A DNA stretch of 64,000 nucleotides from Candidatus Heimdallarchaeota archaeon (GTDB lineage Archaea > Asgardarchaeota > Heimdallarchaeia > Hodarchaeales > Hodarchaeaceae): NCBI GenBank assembly GCA_020353515.1, contig CP070695.1:1303637-1367636 (forward strand), given 5' to 3'. Both the position numbers and the translations under genes were made by a program. The notes under the pieces are model-generated. The model had not been told where the DNA came from. It made no database searches and worked only from the letters and a program-made list of their open reading frames with translations. Position 1 is the first letter of the stretch, and each line of letters opens with the position of its first letter. Positions 1 through 9,187 of the stretch are shown here, one piece after another.

Positions 1-252
1 AAATTAGAAATTATAACAGAAGGCCACTTCCCCCAAGCGGAAAGAACAGTAGTTGATTTTGACACAGAGGTTGAAGAATTTTGTAGTGTGTGTCGAATGA
101 GGATTTCTGAACCATCAAATCTCGTACGCTGTCCTGATTGTGGATCTCCAGCTCATTATTCACATCTTGCTGAGTGGTTGAAGATAAGAGGACATTGTCC
201 TATCTGTAAGAAAAGAATAAAGATCCAGAGGCCAAAAAATGTCACATTCTAG
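1..252 (+). CDS. RING-type zinc finger protein, C-terminal part (5'-truncated by window edge)
   Basis: Frame 1, not in ORF track, reads ...EEFCSVCRMRISEPSNLVRCPDCGSPAHYSHLAEWLKIRGHCPICKKRIKIQRPKNVTF* (TAG 250-252). It has CxxC...CxxC-x4-HxxH-x3-W...CPxC, the RING spacing with the conserved Trp. Confidence 0.8.
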   Translation, partial: KLEIITEGHFPQAERTVVDFDTEVEEFCSVCRMRISEPSNLVRCPDCGSPAHYSHLAEWLKIRGHCPICKKRIKIQRPKNVTF

Positions 253-264
253 AAATCAGGTTTT

Positions 265-1047
265 TTAAGAATTTTTATTTTCAGATGAAGAATAAAACTT
301 TCTAGCATACATTAAGCGTTGAAATGCAGAAATGTTAGACATTATTCCAATGATTAACACAATTAACCCTAGAATACCAAAATGAAAAAACCACCATTCC
401 CCTATGCCTATGAAATTCTCAATGATTAATATTTCAGCTAAACATCCTATTGATAATACAGTTATTTTCTCTTTACGTTCAAAAATTCCTGTGGTGGAAT
501 CCATGCTTAAACCACCACGTTTTTCTGCAGTTGATCTAATATAACTAGCTAATATCATACCTTCAAAACAGAAAAAGACCCATTCTGGATAGACATATCC
601 CCCGATCAAAATTCCAAGTAAAAAGAAAAATTCCGAAACACGATCTAATGTGCGATCAAGTAGGGCCCCAAAATGCCCTGCTATGCCTTTTGCTCGGGCT
701 AAACTCCCATCTAACATGTCAAGGAGAGATGAACATCCGAGTAAAAGTGTTCCTATCAACAACCCTAAACTTGATCCTATAGTAGGGCCTGACGCATATG
801 CAGCACAACTGAGGATGCTTGCACTAACACTCATGATGGAAATCATATTCGGAGTAATCCCTGTTTTTGCAAGAAATCTCCCAAATGGTGCAAAAAAAGA
901 TTCATATCGTTTTCTCAATTTCTTGGGAGGTTTAGACGTCTCCAACCTATTAACACATTCCGAAATCAAAAATTGAAGGTAATCTATACAACTTTCTTTA
1001 ATGTGATAAATTTTTTGAAAATACAATGACATTTTACAATTAACCAC
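265..1047 (-). CDS. CDP-alcohol phosphatidyltransferase (archaetidylinositol-phosphate synthase-like); true start probably downstream of ORF start
   Basis: TPNMIS and DMLDGSLAR...GALLDRTLDR signature; SYIR..AE and FER.E motifs. Confidence 0.85.
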   Translation of the reverse strand: MVNCKMSLYFQKIYHIKESCIDYLQFLISECVNRLETSKPPKKLRKRYESFFAPFGRFLAKTGITPNMISIMSVSASILSCAAYASGPTIGSSLGLLIGTLLLGCSSLLDMLDGSLARAKGIAGHFGALLDRTLDRVSEFFFLLGILIGGYVYPEWVFFCFEGMILASYIRSTAEKRGGLSMDSTTGIFERKEKITVLSIGCLAEILIIENFIGIGEWWFFHFGILGLIVLIIGIMSNISAFQRLMYARKFYSSSENKNS

Positions 1048-1161
1048 ATACAGTCACAATAATATACATTAATCCTCATATCTTATCTTTATATTACGAG
1101 GCACGATTTCAATTGAATTGGAGAGTTTTCTCTTAAATTATCTAGCATAGGAAGAAATTTT

Positions 1162-1971
1162 GTGGAAGTCATTGAGAAACAACTGAGAAAAATCATTGGA
1201 GAACAACGAAAAACCAGTTCCGTGGGCCTACTTTACAGTGGAGGATTGGATTCATCAATAATTGCCAAAATCATGGTTTCATTGATGGAATCACCCTCTA
1301 TTAATCTGCTTTCTGTTGGATTAAGTGATTGTTATGATATGAAGAATGCTACCTTGGGATCTACAGAACTAGGGATAAATTTACATAAATATGTCCTCAC
1401 AGAAAAGAGGGTACTGAAAGCAATCCGAAGTTTAAAACAATTGAATGTTATTCCTCATCCTGTTGCCCTTTCAATCGCAATTCCAATATTCTTAGGAATG
1501 CAAAAATTAGTAAATGACTATGAGGTAAAAACTATCTTTCTTGGTCAAGGAGCTGATGAGCTTTTTGGGGGTTATCAGAAATATGTAGAGCTGTACAAGA
1601 ACAAAGGAGTGGAGGAAACAGAAAAAGCAATGATCAATGACTTGCTATCTTTACAAAATGATCAAATCATTAGAGAACGAAAAATAGCAAATCATTTTGG
1701 CGTACATCTCATATATCCATTCCTAGATTCATGTATAATAAAGCGGGCGCAATATTATCCTGTCACCACTCACATTGTACAAACACACCAGGGGAAGTTC
1801 ATTAGAAAAGCTTTACTACGAAAATTAGCACACAAAATAGGTTTATCGAAGAATGTAACTGAACAACCCAAAAAAGCTATTCAGTATGGATCAGGAACAG
1901 TGAAATTACTTAGAAGGATTGCCAAATCAAATAATCAAAATGTCTCAGAGTGGTTTGAAAGTAGTTTTTAA
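1162..1971 (+). CDS. Asparagine synthase C-terminal (ATP-pyrophosphatase) domain protein, no glutaminase domain
   Basis: YSGGLDSS PP-loop, GQGADELFGGY, YPFLD, KALLR, PKKAIQYGSG. Confidence 0.85.
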   Translation: MEVIEKQLRKIIGEQRKTSSVGLLYSGGLDSSIIAKIMVSLMESPSINLLSVGLSDCYDMKNATLGSTELGINLHKYVLTEKRVLKAIRSLKQLNVIPHPVALSIAIPIFLGMQKLVNDYEVKTIFLGQGADELFGGYQKYVELYKNKGVEETEKAMINDLLSLQNDQIIRERKIANHFGVHLIYPFLDSCIIKRAQYYPVTTHIVQTHQGKFIRKALLRKLAHKIGLSKNVTEQPKKAIQYGSGTVKLLRRIAKSNNQNVSEWFESSF

Positions 1972-2008
1972 CCTGAAAATAAGAGTTTACTAGATAACCA
2001 AGTTAAAA

Positions 2009-3085
2009 TTACTTATTTGAACGTGATAATATAGTGGCAGAGCTTTTCGGATCTATTTGTACAATCAAATCATTAACTGGATTTATTACATGATATGAAC
2101 CTTTTTTTAAATCAGATATACAATCTGAAATCTCATTATCCGTATAGCGAATCGAGAAGTGAATAGGTATCAATACTTTTAGATTAGATAATTTATTTGC
2201 TTCAAATATTAAAGATTTGATATCTGAATGCGAATCTAGATGATACCCTTCTTCTTGTGTAAGATAAGTGGATTCATGAATCAAAATATGACAATCTGAA
2301 AAAAATTTGAAAAGTTCTAAATCCACATGAGTATCGCCTGAATAGCACATAATAGTTTTATTTTCAAAAAAAATGTCAGAACGTGAAATTTTTCGACCCC
2401 CTACCCTGATCGAGCTTTTACTTTTTTCTATTTGCTTCAGTGTTCTATTAAAAGGTATACCTAATTCTTTTGCTTTTTCAACCTTCAATTTTGTTATCTT
2501 AAATTCGAATTTATAAGCAAAAGATCCAAAAAGAAGATGATTATTCTTTTGAGCTGATAAAGTGTATCCAGAATCGAGTTCAATTTCCTCACCGTTCTTT
2601 ATAATTTTAATTTGTACAACGGCTCTTACTGTTTCCCCCACTTCTATTGTGAGTAATCGATAGAAAAATTCGTCGTCTGGTAATATTGAATCCATATTCG
2701 TGTCATTAAAACTCTTCTTCATACGTATCTGAAAAGGGACGGTAGAATCTTTAGGAATAATAATTATTAATGGTTTATCTGTCCTTTTTTCTTTTTCTAA
2801 CAACATTATACGATGTATTATATGAGCTAATCCTCCCCAATGATCGAAATGAAGATGAGATAAAATAATATGTGTAATTTTTCCAAAAGTTGGTTTTCCT
2901 AAAGCGATAAGTTGGGAATTTGCCTTTGACCTCGATTTTTCTATCCAAGACTGTTGGAATTTATGAAAAGCTTGAACTATTTCTGAAGGGCATTCAAACA
3001 AAAAACGATTGTCTACTAGGAATGAAACTGTTGCTACCTCGGCTGTTGGTACTGTACCTCTTGAGCCAATCAAACCGATGATCAT
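2009..3085 (-). CDS. rnz: Ribonuclease Z-like metallo-beta-lactamase
   Basis: SHLHFDHWGG, YSGDT, HEST, SHS, HFSIRY motifs; flexible-arm insertion (KAKELGIP). Confidence 0.7.
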   Translation of the reverse strand: MIIGLIGSRGTVPTAEVATVSFLVDNRFLFECPSEIVQAFHKFQQSWIEKSRSKANSQLIALGKPTFGKITHIILSHLHFDHWGGLAHIIHRIMLLEKEKRTDKPLIIIIPKDSTVPFQIRMKKSFNDTNMDSILPDDEFFYRLLTIEVGETVRAVVQIKIIKNGEEIELDSGYTLSAQKNNHLLFGSFAYKFEFKITKLKVEKAKELGIPFNRTLKQIEKSKSSIRVGGRKISRSDIFFENKTIMCYSGDTHVDLELFKFFSDCHILIHESTYLTQEEGYHLDSHSDIKSLIFEANKLSNLKVLIPIHFSIRYTDNEISDCISDLKKGSYHVINPVNDLIVQIDPKSSATILSRSNK

Positions 3086-3165
3086 TCACTATCTACTCCA
3101 CATAAACAACTTCTTAGCAGAAAAACAAAAATGTGGCATAAATTTGAATATATTAATTAAAAAAA

Positions 3166-3234
3166 CTATCTGGTTCTTCGGCGTTCTTTACGCTTTCTTT
3201 TTCTCAGACGTTTCTTTTTCCATTTCTTTCTCAT
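3166..3234 (-). CDS. rpl41e: Ribosomal protein eL41/eS32 (22 aa, missed by ORF track)
   Basis: ATG at 3234 to TAG at 3166 encodes MRKKWKKKRLRKRKRKERRRTR, matching the MRxKWxKKRxRR pattern of L41e. SD-like GAGTGA upstream; lies between trx and rnz on the same strand. Confidence 0.8.
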   Translation of the reverse strand: MRKKWKKKRLRKRKRKERRRTR

Positions 3235-3252
3235 AGTTGTTCACTCATTTGA

Positions 3253-3681
3253 TTATTGGATCCTGTTAAGAATTTCCTCTAACCAAGCTTTGAATTTTCC
3301 TTTTGGAGTTACCCCTGTGCGTTGATTGAATTTGTTTCCAGCGTTAAACACCATGAAAGTAGGAACAGAGAAAATTCGGTATTTTGTTGCTGCTTGTGGA
3401 TTGTGATCAGTGTTGATCTTCACAAAAAGAATCCGATTAACAAATTCGTGACTTAATTCCTCGTAAATAGGACCCATAACTTGACAAGGTTTACACCATG
3501 CATCTGCAGAAAAATCTACTAGGACTGGAATAGGAGACGATTGAATAATTTCATCAATATTCGCATCATTGACTATCGTGATACCATCACGATTGACCTT
3601 GTCAAAAAATAAAGCTCTTTTTTGCAGAGATGATGCCTTCTTTCTAAGGATTTCTTGGATTTCAGGATCAGAATCGGTCAT
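3253..3681 (-). CDS. trxA: Thioredoxin with N-terminal helical extension
   Basis: WCKPC active site and SVPT cis-Pro motif. Confidence 0.9.
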   Translation of the reverse strand: MTDSDPEIQEILRKKASSLQKRALFFDKVNRDGITIVNDANIDEIIQSSPIPVLVDFSADAWCKPCQVMGPIYEELSHEFVNRILFVKINTDHNPQAATKYRIFSVPTFMVFNAGNKFNQRTGVTPKGKFKAWLEEILNRIQ

Positions 3682-4094
3682 TTAATAATTTCATTCTCCT
3701 AGTGTGTCACGAATGGCCCAAACTAATTGGGTCACTCCAATTTATCCGAGAGGAGGAAGCCTTAAAAATATTTCATCATCCCTAATTTGAGGAAGAAGTC
3801 TTCTCATGATGTTCATAAAAATAGAGTGTTAATCGGTTCTATATTGCCGAAGTAAAAACTTTGATAAAGGGATTATACTCATTCAAAATAACCATTAATA
3901 GACTGGATTCACGTGATCGTTTGAACTAAGAAGTAAAGGTCTTGGTAAATACCAAAGGGGTTCCATTTTCAAATATAATCTACTTAACAGTTTGAAACAT
4001 TCTAGAAGTTTTCACGAAGAATTAGGTATCTATAAATCTCAAAATAAACCTGGATGATAGCACATACGTTAATTTTAATAGCGGAGGAATCCTT

Positions 4095-4955
4095 ATTACA
4101 AAAATATTAATTGGAATACCAGTATATAATGAACAAGCTTACCTCTCTAAATGTATAAGTTCTCTTTACGAATTTATTAATATGGAATGCCAAGATTATG
4201 AAATTTCCGTTTTATTGGTGGATGATGGAAGTACGGATCAATCTCAAGAAATATATGAGAAATCCTTAGCTGAAATATATCCTCTTGATTATACTCGTCA
4301 CAGCAGCGGTCCTCTTGGTTATGGTAGAACTATATTAACTCTATTTCAGAGAGCGAAAATTGATTATGACATTTTGATCACTTTCGACGCGGATCTTCAG
4401 CATGCTCCATTTAGTATAAAGGATATAATTGAAAATTTTGAAGATAATTCTCAAATCACCCTAGTATCAACTAGCCGTTATCTTTCATACCGCTTTTGGA
4501 AACAGAACACGAAAGTACCAATAGATAGATACATTACCAATATGTTAATGACAAAAACAATTAACGAATGCTTTAATCTTGATCTTACTGACTGTTTTTG
4601 TGGATTAAAAGGTTATAAGACAGAGATTCTTCCAACGAATCTTGATGAAACAGGATATGCTTTTCCCCTTGTTTTTTGGCATTATGTCTTCCAAAATAGA
4701 TTGAAGATCAAAGAAATTGAAACTCCTATAATATATAGATTAGACCGACGTGCTCGGGGTGAATGGAAACAAAGGCTAGAAGAATATTATATGAAACTAG
4801 AAACACTTGTTTCATCAACAGAGCTTAAACGTATAATTAAGCAAGATTATCAAAAAGCACTAGAACAAATGAATGATCTGATAAATCACTTTGAAAACTC
4901 TCCAATATGCACTTATCAAGATTTTATCAAAAGAAATCAGACAGATCATCAATAA
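4095..4955 (+). CDS. Glycosyltransferase family 2 (polyprenol-phosphate glycosyltransferase-like); start extended to ATT at 4095
   Basis: VDDGSTD, FDADLQH and TDCFCGLK motifs. The conserved first strand IGIPVYNE lies in frame upstream of the ATG at 4182, behind GGAGG at 4083-4087. Confidence 0.8.
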   Translation: MTKILIGIPVYNEQAYLSKCISSLYEFINMECQDYEISVLLVDDGSTDQSQEIYEKSLAEIYPLDYTRHSSGPLGYGRTILTLFQRAKIDYDILITFDADLQHAPFSIKDIIENFEDNSQITLVSTSRYLSYRFWKQNTKVPIDRYITNMLMTKTINECFNLDLTDCFCGLKGYKTEILPTNLDETGYAFPLVFWHYVFQNRLKIKEIETPIIYRLDRRARGEWKQRLEEYYMKLETLVSSTELKRIIKQDYQKALEQMNDLINHFENSPICTYQDFIKRNQTDHQ

Positions 4956-5049
4956 TTTATCTTTCAGTTGTTGAACCTCTCAAAAAAAAATAGAAGTGGA
5001 ATATCTCTTTAATGAATTGCTTAATATTGAAATAGTAATAAAATGAAAA

Positions 5050-5185
5050 AGCCGCTGGTGGGATTTTCCTATAGAATTCCTCTGAATCCTATAACTTGAA
5101 CCCACGGCCAACAGATCTCTCGGGCTTCTCTCGCAATAGATATGGCCTTACGAGTCTGTCGCTCTACCAACTAAGCCACAGCGGC
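5050..5185 (-). tRNA. tRNA-Thr(CGT) with two introns (37/38: 5117-5148; T-loop ~59/60: 5064-5094)
   Basis: Removing 32 nt and 31 nt leaves a 73-nt cloverleaf: GCCGCTG/CAGCGGC acceptor, ACAGA-CTCGTAA-TCTGT anticodon arm, GTGGG-TTCAAGT-CCCAC T arm. The 37/38 intron has a perfect BHB. Confidence 0.92.
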
Positions 5186-5687
5186 TAATTTTGTGCAAGA
5201 TGTATAAATTAGAATAGTATTTAGTCAATAAAGATTCATACAAGTTAGTAGTATTAATTTTTCTTCGTTTGCTCATATTTAAAACTATTTTATATTAGCC
5301 TTTACATGTTCTACTTTGAGCGATACTCAAAGTAGGTGTGCTTTATTAGACTTTTCTCTATTTACAATGACCTTTTCAGTATTTTGATGTTTAAATTGGA
5401 AATAACAGAACTTTTATAAAAATCATGACGTGTAAATTCTAAATTTGAACAAAATTAAACTTTTATAGATTAAATAATGCCTTAACTGATTCAAAATACA
5501 TTAAAATCGTTTTTTAAAAATTTTACAATGAAAGTAGCTTTTGAAGAATCATCGAGAAGGTTAAAAAGCCTATTCAAAAAAGTCTAAAAATGAATTAAAG
5601 CAGAAATGTAGGCATTTTTCCATTATCTCACTTGGGATTTTTGCTTAATTTTAATTTAAGTCTATTATTCAAAAGAAGGAATCATAA

Positions 5688-5966
5688 ATGGCTGCGATTG
5701 AAGTAGGCCGGGTAATTGTAAAGACCGCTGGTCGCGAAGCGCTGAGGAAAGCCGTTATTGTAGATCTTGTTGATCAAAATTTTGCTTTGATATCTGGAGC
5801 AGGAATATCTCCAGTGAAAAGACGACGATGTAATATCAAACATCTTCGTCCTCTTGATCTCAGCGTCCCAATAAAACGTGGAGCGAAAGATGAAGACATC
5901 GCTAAAGCAATTGATAAAGCAAATATCGTGAATGAGATAAAAACTCCATTAAAGCTCACACTTTGA
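5688..5966 (+). CDS. rpl14e: 50S ribosomal protein eL14
   Basis: IEVGRVIVKTAGREA...VIVDLVDQNFALISG...KRRRCNIKHL. Confidence 0.95.
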   Translation: MAAIEVGRVIVKTAGREALRKAVIVDLVDQNFALISGAGISPVKRRRCNIKHLRPLDLSVPIKRGAKDEDIAKAIDKANIVNEIKTPLKLTL

Positions 5967-6006
5967 TAGATCAATTCGATGGTTGTGTCGAATAAGTGAG
6001 GGTGAA

Positions 6007-6990
6007 ATGTTACAAACTAATCTTAAAGTCTACGATAAGGTTCTAAATTATTTTACTGATTATAAGCTAGGAAAATCTCCGCAAGACAGAAGCCTTGTGG
6101 AGCTTTTGAATCTGGGGATAATTAACCTTGACAAACCAGCAAATCCTACTTCACATGAAGTTACAGCATGGGTAAAGCGTATTTTAGGAATTAATAAAGC
6201 TGGACATGGCGGTACATTGGATCCTGCTGTTACAGGATCTTTGCCAATCGCGTTAGGTCGTGCAACCCGTGCTTTACAGGTTCTTCTTCCAGCAGGGAAA
6301 GAATATATATGCATTATGAAGTCTCACGCCCCTGTCTCCTCTAAAAAGGTTCTTTCCGTACTTGAGAATTTTCAGGGGAAAATTTATCAAACACCTCCTC
6401 TTAGAAGTAATGTTAAACGAAGACTTCGTGTTAGGAAAATATACAATTTGGAGTTGCAGGAGCATTCTAACTCCCAGTTTTCTTTACTTCGCATAGAGTG
6501 TGAGGCTGGAACTTATATCCGTAAGTTAGTTCATGATATTGGACTATTATTAGGTACAGGAGCCAATATGCAGGAGCTACGTCGCGTTAGGACTGGTCCG
6601 TTTTATGAAAACACTTGTGTAACGCTTCAAGAGTTATCTGATGCTTGGTTTTATTACAAAAAGGAAGGAAACGAGACTTTTATTCGAAAAATAATCCACC
6701 CTATTGAAATCATTTGTCAAAACCTTCCCAAGATATTTATACGTGATTCTGCTGTTGATGCGATATGCCATGGTGCAGCGTTGACTATTCCGGGTGTTAT
6801 TCGAGTTACTGAAGGTATTGAGAAGGATTCATTAATAGCAATTCTTACGATGAAAGGAGAACTTGTCGCTTTTGCCAAGGGGGAATTATCTACCAAAGAA
6901 ATCCTAGATCAATCCAATGGTATCTGTGCTTACACAGATACAGTATTCATGGAGAAAAAAACTTATCCATCTATGTGGAAATCTTCATGA
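6007..6990 (+). CDS. cbf5: H/ACA RNA-guided pseudouridine synthase Cbf5
   Basis: LDKPANPTSHEV, GHGGTLDP (catalytic Asp), AGTYIRKL, C-terminal PUA domain; ATG 6007 follows GAGGGTGA. Confidence 0.95.
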   Translation: MLQTNLKVYDKVLNYFTDYKLGKSPQDRSLVELLNLGIINLDKPANPTSHEVTAWVKRILGINKAGHGGTLDPAVTGSLPIALGRATRALQVLLPAGKEYICIMKSHAPVSSKKVLSVLENFQGKIYQTPPLRSNVKRRLRVRKIYNLELQEHSNSQFSLLRIECEAGTYIRKLVHDIGLLLGTGANMQELRRVRTGPFYENTCVTLQELSDAWFYYKKEGNETFIRKIIHPIEIICQNLPKIFIRDSAVDAICHGAALTIPGVIRVTEGIEKDSLIAILTMKGELVAFAKGELSTKEILDQSNGICAYTDTVFMEKKTYPSMWKSS

Positions 6991-6998
6991 GGATTAAA

Positions 6999-7400
6999 TT
7001 AAACCCTACGGCCTCGACGTCCCCCACGTGCTCTGGTACTGTCATGCGGGATAGGTGTAACTTCCTCAATCCTTGTAATCTGTAATCCTGAACGGGCTAT
7101 CGCTCGGATCGCAGCTTGAGCACCTGGACCTGGGTTGCGAGCGCCGGAGCCTCCTGGTGCACGAACTCTGACAACTATCTTTTGAATTCCTCTTTCTTTC
7201 GCAACACGTGCAATAGCATGCCCAACTTTCATTGCTGCATAAGGAGATGATTGGTTGCGATCAGCCCTGACTACTTGGCCCCCTGATGACTTAGCTATTG
7301 TTTCTGCACCAGTCATATCGGTGAGAGTAATTAGTGTGTTATTATATGAGCTTAATATGTGAGCAACAGCCATGATTGGGGCTTGATTTTTTTTAGACAT
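6999..7400 (-). CDS. rps11: 30S ribosomal protein uS11
   Basis: [39 protein letters not shown]...GGRRGRRV. Confidence 0.97.
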   Translation of the reverse strand: MSKKNQAPIMAVAHILSSYNNTLITLTDMTGAETIAKSSGGQVVRADRNQSSPYAAMKVGHAIARVAKERGIQKIVVRVRAPGGSGARNPGPGAQAAIRAIARSGLQITRIEEVTPIPHDSTRARGGRRGRRV

Positions 7401-7441
7401 TTTTTTCACATTATACAGGGGTTTTAATCTTCTTTAGGTTC

Positions 7442-7987
7442 TTACGTAGAAGCGTTAGGAGAACCAGATGGAGGTACAGACAGAGCAGGATGGGCAGCAT
7501 CAGTGTATGGGGAACTAGGTGCAAACTCAACAAATTCCTCTTCTCCCCGTGAGACATGGTAACTTGGTGATGTTACTTTCTTTCCATGTATCGCAATATG
7601 GCCATGGGTGATCATTTGTCTGGCTTGCCAAGGGGTTTTTGCTAGCCCAAGTTGGTGCACAATTGACTGAAGTCTTCTTTTAAGAAATTGATCAATTGAG
7701 AGAGATAAGATCTCATCTGTTAATCCATCTTCTGTGGGCATAATTCCCATTTTATATAGTTTCTTTATTAGAATAAGTCGCTCAGCTTCCCGTAAATGCT
7801 CAGGGAGTGCTAATGACGCTCGTGCTCTTGCTCGGAATTTCCTGAGAACAGTTTGAGCTTTCCAAATTTCTTTCTTATTTCTAAGCCCAAAATTCCCTAA
7901 ATAATTCATCTCCTCCTCAATTCGGGATTTATTAAAGGGGTGGCGGGGCCCTTCTAGTTTTTTACGCAATCTACGAGGATCACCCAT
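7442..7987 (-). CDS. rps4: 30S ribosomal protein uS4
   Basis: [33 protein letters not shown]. Confidence 0.97.
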   Translation of the reverse strand: MGDPRRLRKKLEGPRHPFNKSRIEEEMNYLGNFGLRNKKEIWKAQTVLRKFRARARASLALPEHLREAERLILIKKLYKMGIMPTEDGLTDEILSLSIDQFLKRRLQSIVHQLGLAKTPWQARQMITHGHIAIHGKKVTSPSYHVSRGEEEFVEFAPSSPYTDAAHPALSVPPSGSPNAST

Positions 7988-7997
7988 ATGCTATACC

Positions 7998-8450
7998 TCA
8001 TTTCTTGGCAAATTTCTTTTTTGACACACCTATAGTTGCTCCACCACGACCAGATGTTTTTGTACGCTGTCCCCGAACAGGAAGACCAAGATAATGACGA
8101 ATTCCTCTGTATGAGCGGGTTTTCTTTTCTCGTTCAATATCAATCCGAAGTGTATCAATTAAATCATTACTAATAATGTGTATATCCTCACCCGATACAA
8201 GATCCTTTTGCCGATTTAGCATCCAACTTGGTATCCCAAATGCTGAACAGTTCGTTAAAACATCCTCAATTAACTGGATTTCCTCATCTGTTAAAAATCC
8301 ACATCGCATATCGGGATCAAGATCCGCTTTCTCACAGATTTGGGACGCTAGTCGGTGTCCTACCCCTTTAATTTGGGCAAGTGCATAGCCCACCAACCAA
8401 TCACCACGACAGTCTGCGCCTGCAATTCTTAATTGATGGTTGTACTCCAT
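7998..8450 (-). CDS. rps13: 30S ribosomal protein uS13
   Basis: ALAQIKGVG, IPSWMLNRQKD, SYRGIRHYLGLPVRGQRTK. Confidence 0.97.
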   Translation of the reverse strand: MEYNHQLRIAGADCRGDWLVGYALAQIKGVGHRLASQICEKADLDPDMRCGFLTDEEIQLIEDVLTNCSAFGIPSWMLNRQKDLVSGEDIHIISNDLIDTLRIDIEREKKTRSYRGIRHYLGLPVRGQRTKTSGRGGATIGVSKKKFAKK

Positions 8451-8630
8451 GCTGAGTTCCTACTTAGGGTTCTTATTTAAGCAATTAATGATAGTAATAC
8501 TTGCGAGTATATACATTCTACTCTTCTATTAAAGGAGTTTCGAGGGAATATATTATCTTTTGTAGTTCAGATCCTAAATCAGTAGTTTTCACGATATAAG
8601 TGTTAAGCTAATATCTAACAGAAAATAAAA

Positions 8631-8748
8631 CGCCGAGGGAGAGATTTGAACTCTCGAGCTCAGAGAGCACATGCTACCTAGAGAAGCGAAAGATTTTCTT
8701 TCATCATGCTTTCCAGGCATGCTTCCTACCGGACTAGAATACCTCGGC
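8631..8748 (-). tRNA. tRNA-Ser(GGA) with 35-nt canonical 37/38 intron (8676-8710)
   Basis: GCCGAGG/CCTCGGC acceptor, G discriminator, CATGC-CTGGAAA-GCATG after splicing, long variable arm, GAGAG-TTCAAAT-CTCTC T arm; BHB central helix CTGG/CTAG. Confidence 0.93.
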
Positions 8749-9187
8749 TACTCTTTATTTTTCTTTTTTGAAGAGAGGGTGTTAAAACCTATTTATAGTC
8801 TTATTAAGGCGTGGCTACTCATTTCTCTATAAATATTTATGTTTTCTTTTCTAAGTTTTCTACAGCCAATTGAATCGCGTTTTTTTAAAGAAAAAGGAAA
8901 AATATTAATTAAATAATTGAATACAGTACTACATCACTATTATGAGCAATTTCATTTTGAGACAGAAAAAATCTAAGTCAACCTACAATTCTGTATAAAG
9001 ATAAACATAGGATTATCGTGTAGAGTACGAATTGAGTTATTTGATTGGTTAAATGTAATAAGAAAAGCTTATTTTTGAAGTGAAATTTAACTCAGGGATG
9101 TTTCTTAGATTTCACTAGACTTTTTAAGTCAACTTTTGATATTATAATAATAATGGGTTTTATAGTATTGATGATTAGGAGATTATT

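Noticed and set aside
5186-5687. 500-bp very AT-rich spacer as replication origin
   Set aside because: No ORB-like repeats and no adjacent orc1/cdc6 gene; explained by divergent promoters.
6007-6990. Possible BHB intron in cbf5, as in some Crenarchaeota
   Set aside because: The reading frame is continuous through GHGGTLDP with no insert.
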